A stretch of DNA of 32,000 nt, from the NCBI RefSeq assembly GCF_000009965.1, contig NC_006624.1:960001-992000 (forward strand). Direction: 5' to 3'. A program made the position numbers and the translations under genes. Within the stretch, counting starts at the first letter, position 1. Every line of letters begins with the position of its first letter. Of the stretch, positions 1 through 8,087 are shown in pieces. Below the pieces are notes generated by a model. It was not told the origin of the DNA. It searched no databases and was given only the letters and a program-made list of their open reading frames with translations. The stretch is from Thermococcus kodakarensis KOD1 (GTDB lineage Archaea; Methanobacteriota_B; Thermococci; Thermococcales; Thermococcaceae).

Positions 1-329
1 AGCGTCGGAGATTCGGTTCTTGGGGAGTACTCGCTTCTGTTTATAAAAAGAACGACCTGATCATTCTCTCTCAGTTCTTCTGCCGGGACAAAGATCAACT
101 GGTCATCCCGGTATACCAGGACGGGATGATCCGCCGTGAGGTATAGCTCCGTCCTGTCACTTAAGGTAACCTTGTACATCGGCTCATCCGCATCCCTTTC
201 AAGGAGTCTGTATCTGGCCCTTGAGAGTTTTAGGTCAAAGTCAAGCGCAAAGACCTCTCCTTTCTCTGGAAGCTCCTTTATTCTCTTAACCCCCTGGGGA
301 GTTGGTATTAGTGAATCTGGATGCAGGCA
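1..329 (-). mobile_element. Intein (N-terminal Hint/splicing region, partial) inserted in topA
   Basis: From codon TGC (329-327) the same frame reads [20 protein letters not shown]...[17 protein letters not shown]. This gives Cys1/block A and the TxxH block B of inteins in place of the topoisomerase active-site sequence. It continues past position 1. Confidence 0.7.
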
Positions 330-1274
330 ATAACCCTTTTCGTACAGCTTCTGCGCGATGTCTAGAGTCTTCTTCGGGGAATAGCCGAACGCAGAGTAGG
401 CCTCCCTCTGGAGGGTTCCGAGATCGAAGGGAACGGGCGGGTTCCTGTTCTGCTGTTTTACTTCAACTTTCTCGACGAAAGCTGGCCCCTTCTTGGCTTC
501 TTCCACTATCTTCTTGGCCTCTTCCTCGTCCCACACCTTCTCCTTTTCATAGACCGCTGTATACTGTCCCCCGTTCTTTTCGAGGAGCATCTTGATGACC
601 CAGTAGGGCTTCGGCTCAAAGTTCTGTATCTCCTTCTCCCTCTCGACGAGGAACTTTAAGGTCGGGCCCTGAACCCTTCCGGTCGAGAGAACCATCCACT
701 TTCCGCTCGCGCGCTTTATGGCGGAAGTTAAAGCCCTCGAAAGGTTAACGCCCCAGTACCAGTCGAGGACGTGGCGGGCTATTCCAGCATCGGCCATCCC
801 GAAGTTTATCGTCGGCTCCATGTTGTACCAGGCCTTGAGGAGGTCCTTTTTGGTTAGGGCAGAGAACTTCATGCGCTTCGCCTTTGATGGATCAACGCCG
901 CAGGCGTACTTCAGGGCCGTGTAACCTATCACTTCACCCTCAGTATCATAATCACAGGCAACGACAAACTCATCTGCCTGCTTAGCGAGGGTCGCAAGGG
1001 CTTTGATGTAGTCCTTCGCGTAGCTCTTCCCCTTTTCAGCAACATAGACGGGGACCCATTCGATATCGAAAACCGGGTAGCCGTAGGTCTTGGTTTTTGG
1101 AGCAAGGGAGAAAAGGTGTCCCACGGCTGGGGCGACTATAACCTTCTTTCCGTCCCGCGTGAACTCGTAATAGCTAACCTTGCCGATTGTCTTCCTCACG
1201 GGCTTTCCTTCAGCTAAAGCATAGGCTATCTTCCTAGCGACGTTGGGCTTCTCGGCTATGATGAGCGTGACCAT
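1..1274 (-). CDS. topA: DNA topoisomerase I (type IA), N-terminal part; partial (runs off the left edge) and intein-containing
   Basis: Absent from the ORF track because no stop lies within the window. The reverse-strand ATG at 1274-1272 opens [38 protein letters not shown]..., a TOPRIM / type IA N-terminus. The frame stays open to position 1. The extein part (330-1274) ends ...[12 protein letters not shown], just before the expected catalytic-Tyr motif. Confidence 0.85.
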   Translation of the reverse strand, partial: MVTLIIAEKPNVARKIAYALAEGKPVRKTIGKVSYYEFTRDGKKVIVAPAVGHLFSLAPKTKTYGYPVFDIEWVPVYVAEKGKSYAKDYIKALATLAKQADEFVVACDYDTEGEVIGYTALKYACGVDPSKAKRMKFSALTKKDLLKAWYNMEPTINFGMADAGIARHVLDWYWGVNLSRALTSAIKRASGKWMVLSTGRVQGPTLKFLVEREKEIQNFEPKPYWVIKMLLEKNGGQYTAVYEKEKVWDEEEAKKIVEEAKKGPAFVEKVEVKQQNRNPPVPFDLGTLQREAYSAFGYSPKKTLDIAQKLYEKGYCLHPDSLIPTPQGVKRIKELPEKGEVFALDFDLKLSRARYRLLERDADEPMYKVTLSDRTELYLTADHPVLVYRDDQLIFVPAEELRENDQVVLFINRSEYSPRTESPT

Positions 1275-1351
1275 AGGCCTCTCAGGGAATTGGATGTGAG
1301 GTATAAAAATTCTCCGAATGATTTATAACCCTGCACCATAGATGATGAACG

Positions 1352-2269
1352 ATGGCGATGATCAGCGTCGGGGGCGTTGGGGTACTCTTCGAAGGGGAGC
1401 TTGACGACGGTTTTGAGGACGGCTTTCGGACAACCTTTGCCAGGCGCTATCTTCCGGATGTTCTGCGTGGTGATGCACGCCCAAACGTAATCATCGAACG
1501 CTTCAAGGGCGAGAAGTTCAGGGTCTTCAGTTCTCTCTACGATGTCAATTCAAAGGACTACTACAAGCTCGAATCCGCCGTCCCGCAGGCGTACAAAAAC
1601 GAGGCCCCCGTGTTCTTCCTCCTCCAGGCAACCGCGAGGGCCGGTGCAAGGAAAGGCAGGATTTTCATCACGGATTCTGTCAGTGTTATAAACGAAAACG
1701 GAAAAGCCGTTCTCTTTGTTGGGTATCCCCACACCGGAAAGAGCACGATTTCCGCCCTGGCCCTTTCTGAGGGTCTTCCCCTTCTGAGCACAGAAAACAC
1801 CGTTGTGGACGTAAGGGACGGGAGGATTTTCGTCATAGGAGGCACCGACGTCCTAGTGTACGACCCGAAGATAGAGGAGATCTATGGGATAAAGGTGGAA
1901 TACCAAGACACCACGAGGAGCGGATACAGGATCGTGGACATATCGAGCTCCGAGAGGAGGATTGCACTGAGAAGGGGCGTGGAAATCGAGAAGATAATCG
2001 TCCTTCACGCGGCTTTTGGCGGTGGAGACGCGAGCTTTTCTCCAGTGAGGGGCAGGAAGATCAAAAAGACCCTCTGGTACTTCTCAACTTCCCTCCTCAA
2101 GGGAATGGACTACTACGAGCCGGCTCCGCTCTACATGCCGATGAGCGACGAGATAAACTCGAACCTGAACAGGCTCCTCGACCTGGCCGTTGAAAGCTAC
2201 TCGGGGGCGATGTTCGAGGCCTTTGGAAACCACAGGGACGTTTTCAGGAGGACACTCCTCTTCTATTAG
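1352..2269 (+). CDS. P-loop ATP-binding protein of unknown function (HprK/PEPCK-fold-like kinase pattern)
   Basis: 305-aa ORF. Walker A GYPHTGKST is followed by ALALSEGLPLLSTENTVVDV, reminiscent of the HPr-kinase C-terminal domain. A TATA-like GATTTATAACC lies about 25 nt upstream, suggesting a near-leaderless mRNA. Confidence 0.55.
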   Translation: MAMISVGGVGVLFEGELDDGFEDGFRTTFARRYLPDVLRGDARPNVIIERFKGEKFRVFSSLYDVNSKDYYKLESAVPQAYKNEAPVFFLLQATARAGARKGRIFITDSVSVINENGKAVLFVGYPHTGKSTISALALSEGLPLLSTENTVVDVRDGRIFVIGGTDVLVYDPKIEEIYGIKVEYQDTTRSGYRIVDISSSERRIALRRGVEIEKIIVLHAAFGGGDASFSPVRGRKIKKTLWYFSTSLLKGMDYYEPAPLYMPMSDEINSNLNRLLDLAVESYSGAMFEAFGNHRDVFRRTLLFY

Positions 2270-2316
2270 AGAAACCCTTTTATTCACACGCTCAAAGCCA
2301 GAACAGGTGGTGAGGG

Positions 2317-2520
2317 ATGATAAGGGTCAAAGTCCTCGGAAGGGGAATAGAAAAGGAGATAGAGTGGCAGAAGGGGGTTACTGTCGCTGACGTGCTCAGG
2401 GCTGTGGGCTTCAACACCGAGAGCGCCATAGCGAGGGTGAACGGAAGGGTTGCCCTGGAGGAAGAAAAGGTAGAGGACGGTGCTTACGTCGAGGTAATCC
2501 CCGTCGTCTCTGGCGGATGA
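2317..2520 (+). CDS. MoaD/ThiS-family ubiquitin-fold protein (SAMP-like), C-terminal Gly-Gly
   Basis: 67 aa ending ...VEVIPVVSGG-stop. The size and di-glycine terminus are typical of the beta-grasp sulfur-carrier / small archaeal modifier family. SD GGTGGTGAGGG precedes the ATG. Confidence 0.8.
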   Translation: MIRVKVLGRGIEKEIEWQKGVTVADVLRAVGFNTESAIARVNGRVALEEEKVEDGAYVEVIPVVSGG

Positions 2521-2537
2521 AAAAGGGAAGGGAGAAA

Positions 2538-3737
2538 TCACTCCGCCAGCCTCTTTCTCATGAACTCTTCGAACCTGTCCATTGCCTTCTCCAGTATCTC
2601 AACCGGCGGAAGGAAGACTATGCGGAAGTGCCAGTTTCCAGCCCTTCCGAAGCCCGAACCGTGGACGAAGAGGACGTGGGCCTCGTGGAGGACATCGAGG
2701 ACGAACTCCTTGTCACTCTTCCACTTGGAGCGCTCGTCAATGCGTGGGAAGATATAGAACGCCCCCTGCGGTTTCTGGGTGCTAACTCCTGGTATCTCCG
2801 TCAGGCGCTTGTAGATGTAGTCCCTCCTCTCCTTGAGCTTTTTCATGTACTCTTCCAGGTAATCCATCGGGCCAGTTAGACCCGCTATGGCCGCGAACTG
2901 GGCCGGGGTACTCGGGCATATCCTTATGCGCATGAGCTTGTCAACGGCTTCCCTGACCTCGGCAAGCTTGTTTTCAGGATCAACGTAGTAGAAGTAGCCC
3001 AAGCGCCAGCCTGTGGCGAAGTAGACCTTGGAGAGGCCGTTCATGACTATAACGGGAACGTCCTTTGTGAGCGAGCCGGGTGAGACGTGCTCCCCCTCGT
3101 AGGTCATGAGGTCGTAAATCTCGTCGCTGATGACGGGTATGTCGTACTCGCCGGCCAGATCAAGGATTTCTTTCACGGTCTTCTTCTCGTATAGCGCTCC
3201 GGTGGGGTTGTTAGGGTTGATAACGGCTATCGCTTTAGTCCTCTCGTTTATGCGCTTCCTCATGTCGTCAATGTCCGGCTGCCAGCCGTTCTCCTCTATT
3301 GTATCGTACTCATTGGGTATTCCGCCGTAGAACTTGACGAGGCCGGTGTAAGGCGGATAGCTCGGACTTGGAACGAGGATGTTGTCTCCAGGGTCGAGGA
3401 GTGCACCAAAGAGGAGCTGAAGTGCCTCGGTGACGGCAGTTGTGACGCGGACGTCATCGGGGGTGATGTCCACGCCGTTCTTCCTCTTCTCACGCTGGAC
3501 GACGGCCTCCCTCATCTCGGGGAGACCTTCACTCGGTCCGTAGTAGTTGTGGCCCTCTTTTATGGCCCTGCAGTATGCCTCCTTCATGTGTTCCGGCGGC
3601 TGGAAGTCGTACTTCCCGGGGTCGCCTATGTTGAGTCTGATTACCTCGATGCCCTTTTTCTCAAGCTCCCTCGCCGGGAGGACGACATCCCTTATGGCGT
3701 ACTCAACGCCCATCGCCCTTTCGGAAGGTTTGATCAT
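2538..3737 (-). CDS. Alanine aminotransferase (PLP-dependent class I aminotransferase)
   Basis: MIKPSERAMGVEYAIRDVVLPARELEKKGIEVIRLNIGDPGKYDFQPPEHMKEAY...NGLSKVYFATGWRLGY closely matches the Pyrococcus/Thermococcus AlaAT as I remember it. The start is moved to the ATG at 3737, behind SD GGTGGGTGGTGAT; the track start at 3749 is a GTG extension. Confidence 0.9.
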   Translation of the reverse strand: MIKPSERAMGVEYAIRDVVLPARELEKKGIEVIRLNIGDPGKYDFQPPEHMKEAYCRAIKEGHNYYGPSEGLPEMREAVVQREKRKNGVDITPDDVRVTTAVTEALQLLFGALLDPGDNILVPSPSYPPYTGLVKFYGGIPNEYDTIEENGWQPDIDDMRKRINERTKAIAVINPNNPTGALYEKKTVKEILDLAGEYDIPVISDEIYDLMTYEGEHVSPGSLTKDVPVIVMNGLSKVYFATGWRLGYFYYVDPENKLAEVREAVDKLMRIRICPSTPAQFAAIAGLTGPMDYLEEYMKKLKERRDYIYKRLTEIPGVSTQKPQGAFYIFPRIDERSKWKSDKEFVLDVLHEAHVLFVHGSGFGRAGNWHFRIVFLPPVEILEKAMDRFEEFMRKRLAE

Positions 3738-3825
3738 GTGAATCACCACCCACCATTAAGACGTCCATCATAAAAACCTTGGCACGATTTTGGGTACTCT
3801 GGAATCGAACGTTTTTCAGGAAGGG

Positions 3826-3833
3826 TTTTAAAG
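3826..3833 (+). promoter_or_regulatory. TATA box (TTTTAAAG) for the C/D box sRNA
   Basis: An AT-rich octamer centred about 24 nt upstream of the GGGC that begins the sRNA terminal stem. Confidence 0.4.
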
Positions 3834-3852
3834 TGTGGGCTGGACTTTCCAT

Positions 3853-3915
3853 GGGCAATGACGAGTAGCAAGCATTCTGAACCCGGAGATGATGACGTGA
3901 ACACCCTCCGAGCCC
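3853..3915 (+). ncRNA. C/D box sRNA (2'-O-methylation guide)
   Basis: GGGCa-AUGACGA(C)-12 nt-CUGA(D')-8 nt-AUGAUGA(C')-12 nt-CCGA(D)-GCCC. Both spacers are exactly 12 nt. A 4-bp terminal stem GGGC/GCCC is present. It has its own TATA upstream and lies in a 205-nt ORF-free gap. Confidence 0.6.
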
Positions 3916-3954
3916 TTCGATAATTTTATTAATGGCAGTCAGTTTTTCAAGACC

Positions 3955-4194
3955 ATGAACATCTTCGTATTTCTGCTTGGAGGTCTGTTAATTGGCTACA
4001 TCCTGAGGAGAACAGGAAAAAGGGTGAAAGTTGACACGGCCATAAGCGTTGCTCTCCTCCTGATGATATTTTTCCTGGGCGTAAAAACTGGAACCGTTAA
4101 AGTCAGCGCCCTGTGGCTCCTCGCTTCTTCCCTCGTATTCGCGGTTCTAACGATTCTCGGAAGTTTGGTGCTGGCTCTGGGGGTGAGAACTTGA
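3955..4194 (+). CDS. LysO-family (DUF340) membrane protein, small subunit
   Basis: 79-aa, three-TM hydrophobic protein directly coupled to the larger DUF340-like ORF. TATA AATTTTATTA lies about 25 nt upstream, so it is probably leaderless. Confidence 0.65.
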   Translation: MNIFVFLLGGLLIGYILRRTGKRVKVDTAISVALLLMIFFLGVKTGTVKVSALWLLASSLVFAVLTILGSLVLALGVRT

Positions 4195-4772
4195 GGTTTC
4201 TCTACCTTGTGCTCGGGTCTCTTGTCCTCGGGCTGCTCGTCGGGCATTTCTTCAGTCCGGATTTTGGAAACGCCTACGAGGTTATGCTCGATCTCCTTAT
4301 ACTCCTCATAGGAGTCGATCTGGGGATGAGCCTCAACGCAGAGGAGCTGAAAAAACTCGGAAAGAAGTCCCTCCTCCTGCCGACGGAGACACTCTTGGGG
4401 TCTCTTCTTGGTGGGGCTGTTGGAGCGTTGGTGCTTGGAATAGACCTGAAGTGGGGACTCGCAATAGGTGCAGGGTGCGGGTGGTACTCAATAACCGGCC
4501 CGCTGATAGCCCAGTACTCGGCAATCTACGGTGCTATCGGGTTTTTGGGCAACCTGTTGAGGGAAATCCTGACGATAATCCTGTACCCTGTTGTCATAAA
4601 GTGGGTATCTCCAGAGAAGGCCGTTGTCATGGGCGGGGCAACGACCATGGACACAACCCTGCCGATAATAACAAAATTCGGGGGAAGGGAAACAGCCTTA
4701 GTTGCCTTCGTCCACGGCTTCATCCTTACGGCGGTGGTTCCGTTCGTGGTGTCGTTTATCCTGAGCCTCTGA
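4191..4772 (+). CDS. LysO-family (DUF340) membrane protein, large subunit
   Basis: Polytopic membrane protein ...GAGCGWYSITGPLIAQY...MGGATTMDTTLPII. The in-frame TTG at 4191 overlaps the upstream stop (tTGA). The longer track ORF from 4113 would overlap the previous gene out of frame. Confidence 0.65.
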   Translation: MRFLYLVLGSLVLGLLVGHFFSPDFGNAYEVMLDLLILLIGVDLGMSLNAEELKKLGKKSLLLPTETLLGSLLGGAVGALVLGIDLKWGLAIGAGCGWYSITGPLIAQYSAIYGAIGFLGNLLREILTIILYPVVIKWVSPEKAVVMGGATTMDTTLPIITKFGGRETALVAFVHGFILTAVVPFVVSFILSL

Positions 4773-4775
4773 AGC

Positions 4776-5375
4776 TCATTTCTCCTCCGAATACCTCTTC
4801 AACAGCCCGTCAACAACAACTTTGTGCTGCTCCTCGTTCTTCCTCGCGCTCTCCGCAAAGGCCTGTACGACCGGGTGAACCGCGTTCTGCTCAAGGATTC
4901 TGTAGTTCTCACTCATTTTCTCGCAGAGGGCCCTGAGCTTTTCTAGCTTGTCCCTTATCTCCCTGAGCTTCTCGGGTGGAAGCGCCACGTTATCCGGAAG
5001 GTTCTTGAGCAGCTCTTCGAGGGCGTCCTCAGGCGGGATTCTGCTTCCAAGGAGCCCGTAGGGGGCGACCTGGACGGCCGGAATTCCCGGTATCAGGACG
5101 AGACCGCTGGACACCTGGTTCCCCGGGGCAGTTTCGGGCGTCTCGGGCACGTCAACGTACCCGAACTCTTCGATCAGCTCAATGGCCTCTTTGTAAGCCT
5201 TCTCAAGTGCCTCTGCAAGCCTCCTGTGGAGAATGGTGTCAACGGTCATCCTCAGAAGGAGGACTCTGAGATCAGAGTACTCCGGGCTCTTCAGGGTTTT
5301 GAGAAGGGCCTTGTATTCCTTTTCGGCCTTCTTTTCGACTTCCTTCACGTTTGTGACTGCCTCGGCGAGCTTCAT
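4776..5375 (-). CDS. Conserved hypothetical helical protein
   Basis: 199-aa ORF with a strong SD GGAGGTGAG 5 nt before the ATG and TATA AAGTTTAAATAC upstream. It has two helical, charged halves joined by a Pro/Gly-rich linker. I recognise no family. Confidence 0.6.
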   Translation of the reverse strand: MKLAEAVTNVKEVEKKAEKEYKALLKTLKSPEYSDLRVLLLRMTVDTILHRRLAEALEKAYKEAIELIEEFGYVDVPETPETAPGNQVSSGLVLIPGIPAVQVAPYGLLGSRIPPEDALEELLKNLPDNVALPPEKLREIRDKLEKLRALCEKMSENYRILEQNAVHPVVQAFAESARKNEEQHKVVVDGLLKRYSEEK

Positions 5376-5556
5376 GGTCTCACCTCCTTCGGCTCTCCAG
5401 AAGACTTTAATAACATTTTGTATTTAAACTTTTCCCCGCGGAAAAACTTTTTTAAAGCCTTTCCCATACCGATGCCTGCAGGCGATCATGCCTCATGGCT
5501 CGGGGGTATCCGAAGGCAAGTAGGAACCCACCGGGCCTCTCTCGGAGGTGAGAGGA

Positions 5557-5841
5557 ATGAAGTACCCGAAGCAGATAAGGACGTACTGCCCGTTTTGTAA
5601 GAGACACACCATTCACAAGGTCGAGAAGGTCAAGAAGAGGCCGAGGAGCGAGCTGAGCGCGGGCCAGAGGAGGTTCAGGAGAAAGCTCAAGGGTTACACA
5701 GGTTTCCCGAGGCCGAACCCGGCTGGAAGGGAGAAGCCGGTCAAAAAGCTCGACCTCAGGTTCCGCTGCACCGTCTGCGGAAAGGCCCACACCAGGGGAC
5801 AGGGCTTCCGTGTGAAGAAGTTCGAGCTGGTGGAGGTGTGA
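5557..5841 (+). CDS. rpl44e: 50S ribosomal protein L44e (eL42)
   Basis: [53 protein letters not shown]...CTVCGKAH: zinc-ribbon L44e. SD GGAGGTGAG precedes the ATG at 5557. Confidence 0.95.
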
Positions 5842-5845
5842 TGCG

Positions 5846-6043
5846 ATGGCCCTCCCGAAGAACCTCATTCCGATGCCGAGGAGCAGGTTCCTCCGCGTTA
5901 AGTGCATTGACTGCGGCAACGAGCAGATAGTCTTCAGCCACCCGGCCACTCCCGTCAGGTGCCTGGTCTGCGGTGCCACCCTCGTCGAGCCGACCGGCGG
6001 AAAGGGCATCATCAAGGCCAAGGTTCTCGAAGTTCTTGAGTGA
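5846..6043 (+). CDS. rps27e: 30S ribosomal protein S27e (eS27)
   Basis: [54 protein letters not shown]: C4 zinc-ribbon S27e, 4 nt after the rpl44e stop. Confidence 0.95.
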
Positions 6044-6119
6044 TTCCTTTCCTTTTCACCAAACTTTTAAAACCTCTTCTCGTTAATCTTCTCGGAGAGA
6101 AAACTTTGAGGTGATTGAG

Positions 6120-6947
6120 ATGCCAAGGAAGGCTAAAGAGTACCCAGAGGAAGGAGAGTTTGTGGTTGCAACCGTTAAGAACATTCACCCTTACGGAGCC
6201 TTTCTCACGCTTGACGAGTACCCTGGAAAGGAGGGCTTCATGCACATAAGCGAGGTCGCTCCCACATGGGTCAAGAACATAAGGGACTACCTCAAAGAGG
6301 GACAGAAGATAGTCGCCAAGGTCATCCGCGTTGACCCCGAGAAAGGACACATCGACCTGAGCCTAAAGAGGGTTAACCAGCAGCAGAGGAAGGCGAAGCT
6401 TCAGGAGTACAAGAGGGCTCAGAAGGCAGAGAACCTGCTCAAAATGGCTGCCGAAAAGCTCGGAAAGGACTTTGAAACGGCCTGGAGAGAGGTCTGGGTC
6501 CCGCTTGAGGAAGAGTACGGCGAGGTTTATGCTGCCTTTGAGGACGCGGCCCAGAACGGTATGGACGTCCTCAAGGGACTCATCAGCGACGAGTGGATTG
6601 AGGCTCTAAAGCCGATAATCGAGGCCTACGTCGAGATTCCGACGGTCACGATAGATGCGGAGTTTGAGATAACCGTTCCGAAGCCCAACGGCATCGAGAT
6701 AATCAAGGAGGCGCTCATAAAGGCCCGCGACAGGGCCAACCAGGAGAAGGACATCGAGGTCAAGTTCTCCTACCAGGGCGCTCCGAGGTACAGGATCGAC
6801 ATCACCGCTCCAGACTACTACAAGGCCGAGGAGGTTCTGGAAGACATAGCCGAGGAGATCCTCCGCGTCATCAAGGAAGCGGGCGGAGAGGCGACGCTGA
6901 TAAGGAAGGAGAAGAGGATTAAGAAAGTTAAGAAGAGGGGTTCCTGA
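6120..6947 (+). CDS. eif2a: Translation initiation factor 2 alpha subunit (aIF2-alpha)
   Basis: MPRKAKEYPEEGEFVVATVKNIHPYGAFLTLDEYPGKEGFMHISEVAPTWVKNIRDY: the S1 domain followed by the aIF2-alpha helical and C-terminal domains. SD GAGGTGAT precedes the ATG at 6120. Confidence 0.95.
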   Translation: MPRKAKEYPEEGEFVVATVKNIHPYGAFLTLDEYPGKEGFMHISEVAPTWVKNIRDYLKEGQKIVAKVIRVDPEKGHIDLSLKRVNQQQRKAKLQEYKRAQKAENLLKMAAEKLGKDFETAWREVWVPLEEEYGEVYAAFEDAAQNGMDVLKGLISDEWIEALKPIIEAYVEIPTVTIDAEFEITVPKPNGIEIIKEALIKARDRANQEKDIEVKFSYQGAPRYRIDITAPDYYKAEEVLEDIAEEILRVIKEAGGEATLIRKEKRIKKVKKRGS

Positions 6948-7126
6948 TGCACTTCAGGATAAGGAAGTGTCCCAACTGCGGGAGGTACACGCTGAAGGAA
7001 GTCTGCCCGGTCTGTGGAAGCGAGACCAAGGTAGCTCATCCCCCACGCTTCTCGCCGGAAGACCCGTACGGCGAGTACAGGCGGAGGCTCAAGCGTGAAC
7101 TCCTCGGTATTGGTAGGAGGTCTTGA
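6947..7126 (+). CDS. nop10: H/ACA RNP protein Nop10
   Basis: Missing from the track at 59 aa. MHFRIRKCPNCGRYTLKEVCPVCGSETKVAHPPRFSPEDPYGEYRRRLKRELLGIGRRS. The ATG overlaps the eif2a stop (TGATG). Confidence 0.9.
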   Translation: MHFRIRKCPNCGRYTLKEVCPVCGSETKVAHPPRFSPEDPYGEYRRRLKRELLGIGRRS

Positions 7127-7128
7127 AG

Positions 7129-7932
7129 ATGAAGGAAACGATGATTTACCTGCTTGAGAGGCCCCAGCTTAGAGATCCAGTCTTCATAGAGGGCCTTCCC
7201 GGGATAGGCCTCGTTGGAAAGCTCGCGGCTGACCACCTCATCCAGGAGCTTGAAGCAGTCAAGTTCGCCGAGCTATACTCACCCCACTTCATGCACCAGG
7301 TTCTCATCAAGAAGGGCTCGATAGTCGAGCTGATGAAGAACGAGTTCTACTACTGGGTTAACCCCGACGAGGACGGCAGAGACCTCATCATAATAACCGG
7401 CGACCAGCAGGTTCCACCAACAGACAGCCCCGGGCACTATGAGGTCGTTGGAAAGATGCTCGACCTCGTTCAGGAGCTCGGCGTCAGGGAAATAATAACC
7501 ATGGGCGGCTACCAGGTGCCTGAGCTCCAGGGCGAACCGAGGGTTCTGGCGGCGGTAACTCATGAAGAGCTCGTCGAGTACTACAAGAAGAAGCTTGAGG
7601 GCTGTTCGGTCGAGGTCATCTGGAGGGAGGACGAGGGTGGAGCGATCGTAGGAGCGGCGGGCCTTCTCCTCGGCATGGGCAAGCTTCGCTCAATGTACGG
7701 GGTAAGCCTCCTCGGTGAGAGCCTCGGCTACATAGTTGACCCCAAGGCCGCCAAGGCAGTCCTGAGCGCAGTAACCAAGATACTCGGCATCGAGGTTGAC
7801 ATGACCGCCCTCGAAGAGCGCGCCAAGGAGACGGAGGAGATACTCCAGAAAGTTCAGGAGATGCAGAGGGCGATGCTGGAGCAGGGAATGCCCCAGTCAA
7901 CGCAGGAAGAGGAGGACAGGGGCTACCTCTGA
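7129..7932 (+). CDS. PAC2-family proteasome assembly chaperone-like protein (PbaA/PbaB type)
   Basis: ...PVFIEGLPGIGLVGKLAADHLI...ITGDQQ...ITMGGY is the COG1938/PAC2 pattern. It sits in the usual position after nop10. The C-terminus ...DRGYL has a penultimate Tyr (HbYX-like). SD AGGAGG lies 8 nt before the ATG at 7129. Confidence 0.75.
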   Translation: MKETMIYLLERPQLRDPVFIEGLPGIGLVGKLAADHLIQELEAVKFAELYSPHFMHQVLIKKGSIVELMKNEFYYWVNPDEDGRDLIIITGDQQVPPTDSPGHYEVVGKMLDLVQELGVREIITMGGYQVPELQGEPRVLAAVTHEELVEYYKKKLEGCSVEVIWREDEGGAIVGAAGLLLGMGKLRSMYGVSLLGESLGYIVDPKAAKAVLSAVTKILGIEVDMTALEERAKETEEILQKVQEMQRAMLEQGMPQSTQEEEDRGYL

Positions 7933-7940
7933 ACTCCGCC

Positions 7941-7970
7941 TCTTCTGTTTTCCCAAATTCTTGCTTTTTC
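7941..7970 (+). terminator. Oligo-T termination region after the PAC2 gene
   Basis: CTGTTTTCCC...GCTTTTTCC: T4 and T5 runs directly after the stop, the usual archaeal intrinsic termination signal. Confidence 0.4.
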
Positions 7971-8087
7971 CTTGGTGTTTACACCAGTTTCAAACCTTAG
8001 GTTGGTAATACGCGGTTTTAAAAACGCTTTTATTTGATGCTACTTTTTTTGATAATGATAGCACGATTAGAATAGGAGGTGTCCCAG

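Noticed and set aside
1259-1347. Two ATGATGA heptamers (1259-1265, 1341-1347) as possible C boxes of a C/D sRNA
   Set aside because: There is no CUGA D or D' box at about 12-nt spacing and no terminal stem. One heptamer lies in the first codons of topA (antisense) and the other in the start region of the next gene.
2517-2879. 120-aa plus-strand ORF after the SAMP-like gene
   Set aside because: It is antisense to the 3' end of the alanine aminotransferase gene and has no SD. It is a shadow ORF.
3955-4772. Possible frameshifted (pseudogenised) single lysO gene
   Set aside because: The two ORFs are joined by a start/stop overlap (tTGA), and each has intact hydrophobic helices. As I recall, a split small-plus-large DUF340 arrangement is the usual archaeal organisation, so I see no evidence of decay.
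4451-4936. 161-aa plus-strand ORF rich in Arg/Pro/Gly
   Set aside because: It is an out-of-frame overlap of the LysO-family gene and then antisense to the next gene. Its composition is typical of a wrong frame.
5452-6021. 189-aa minus-strand ORF covering the rpl44e/rps27e region
   Set aside because: It is antisense to two unmistakable ribosomal protein genes. Its Arg/Leu/Pro-rich, low-complexity translation is typical of the reverse frame of GC-rich genes, and it has no SD or TATA.
7971-8010. Short palindromes GGTGTTTACACC and AACCTTAGGTT after the PAC2 gene
   Set aside because: They could be operator or terminator hairpins. However, the stems are only 4-5 bp, they sit among oligo-T termination signals, and I cannot tie them to a known motif. 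I did not call them.
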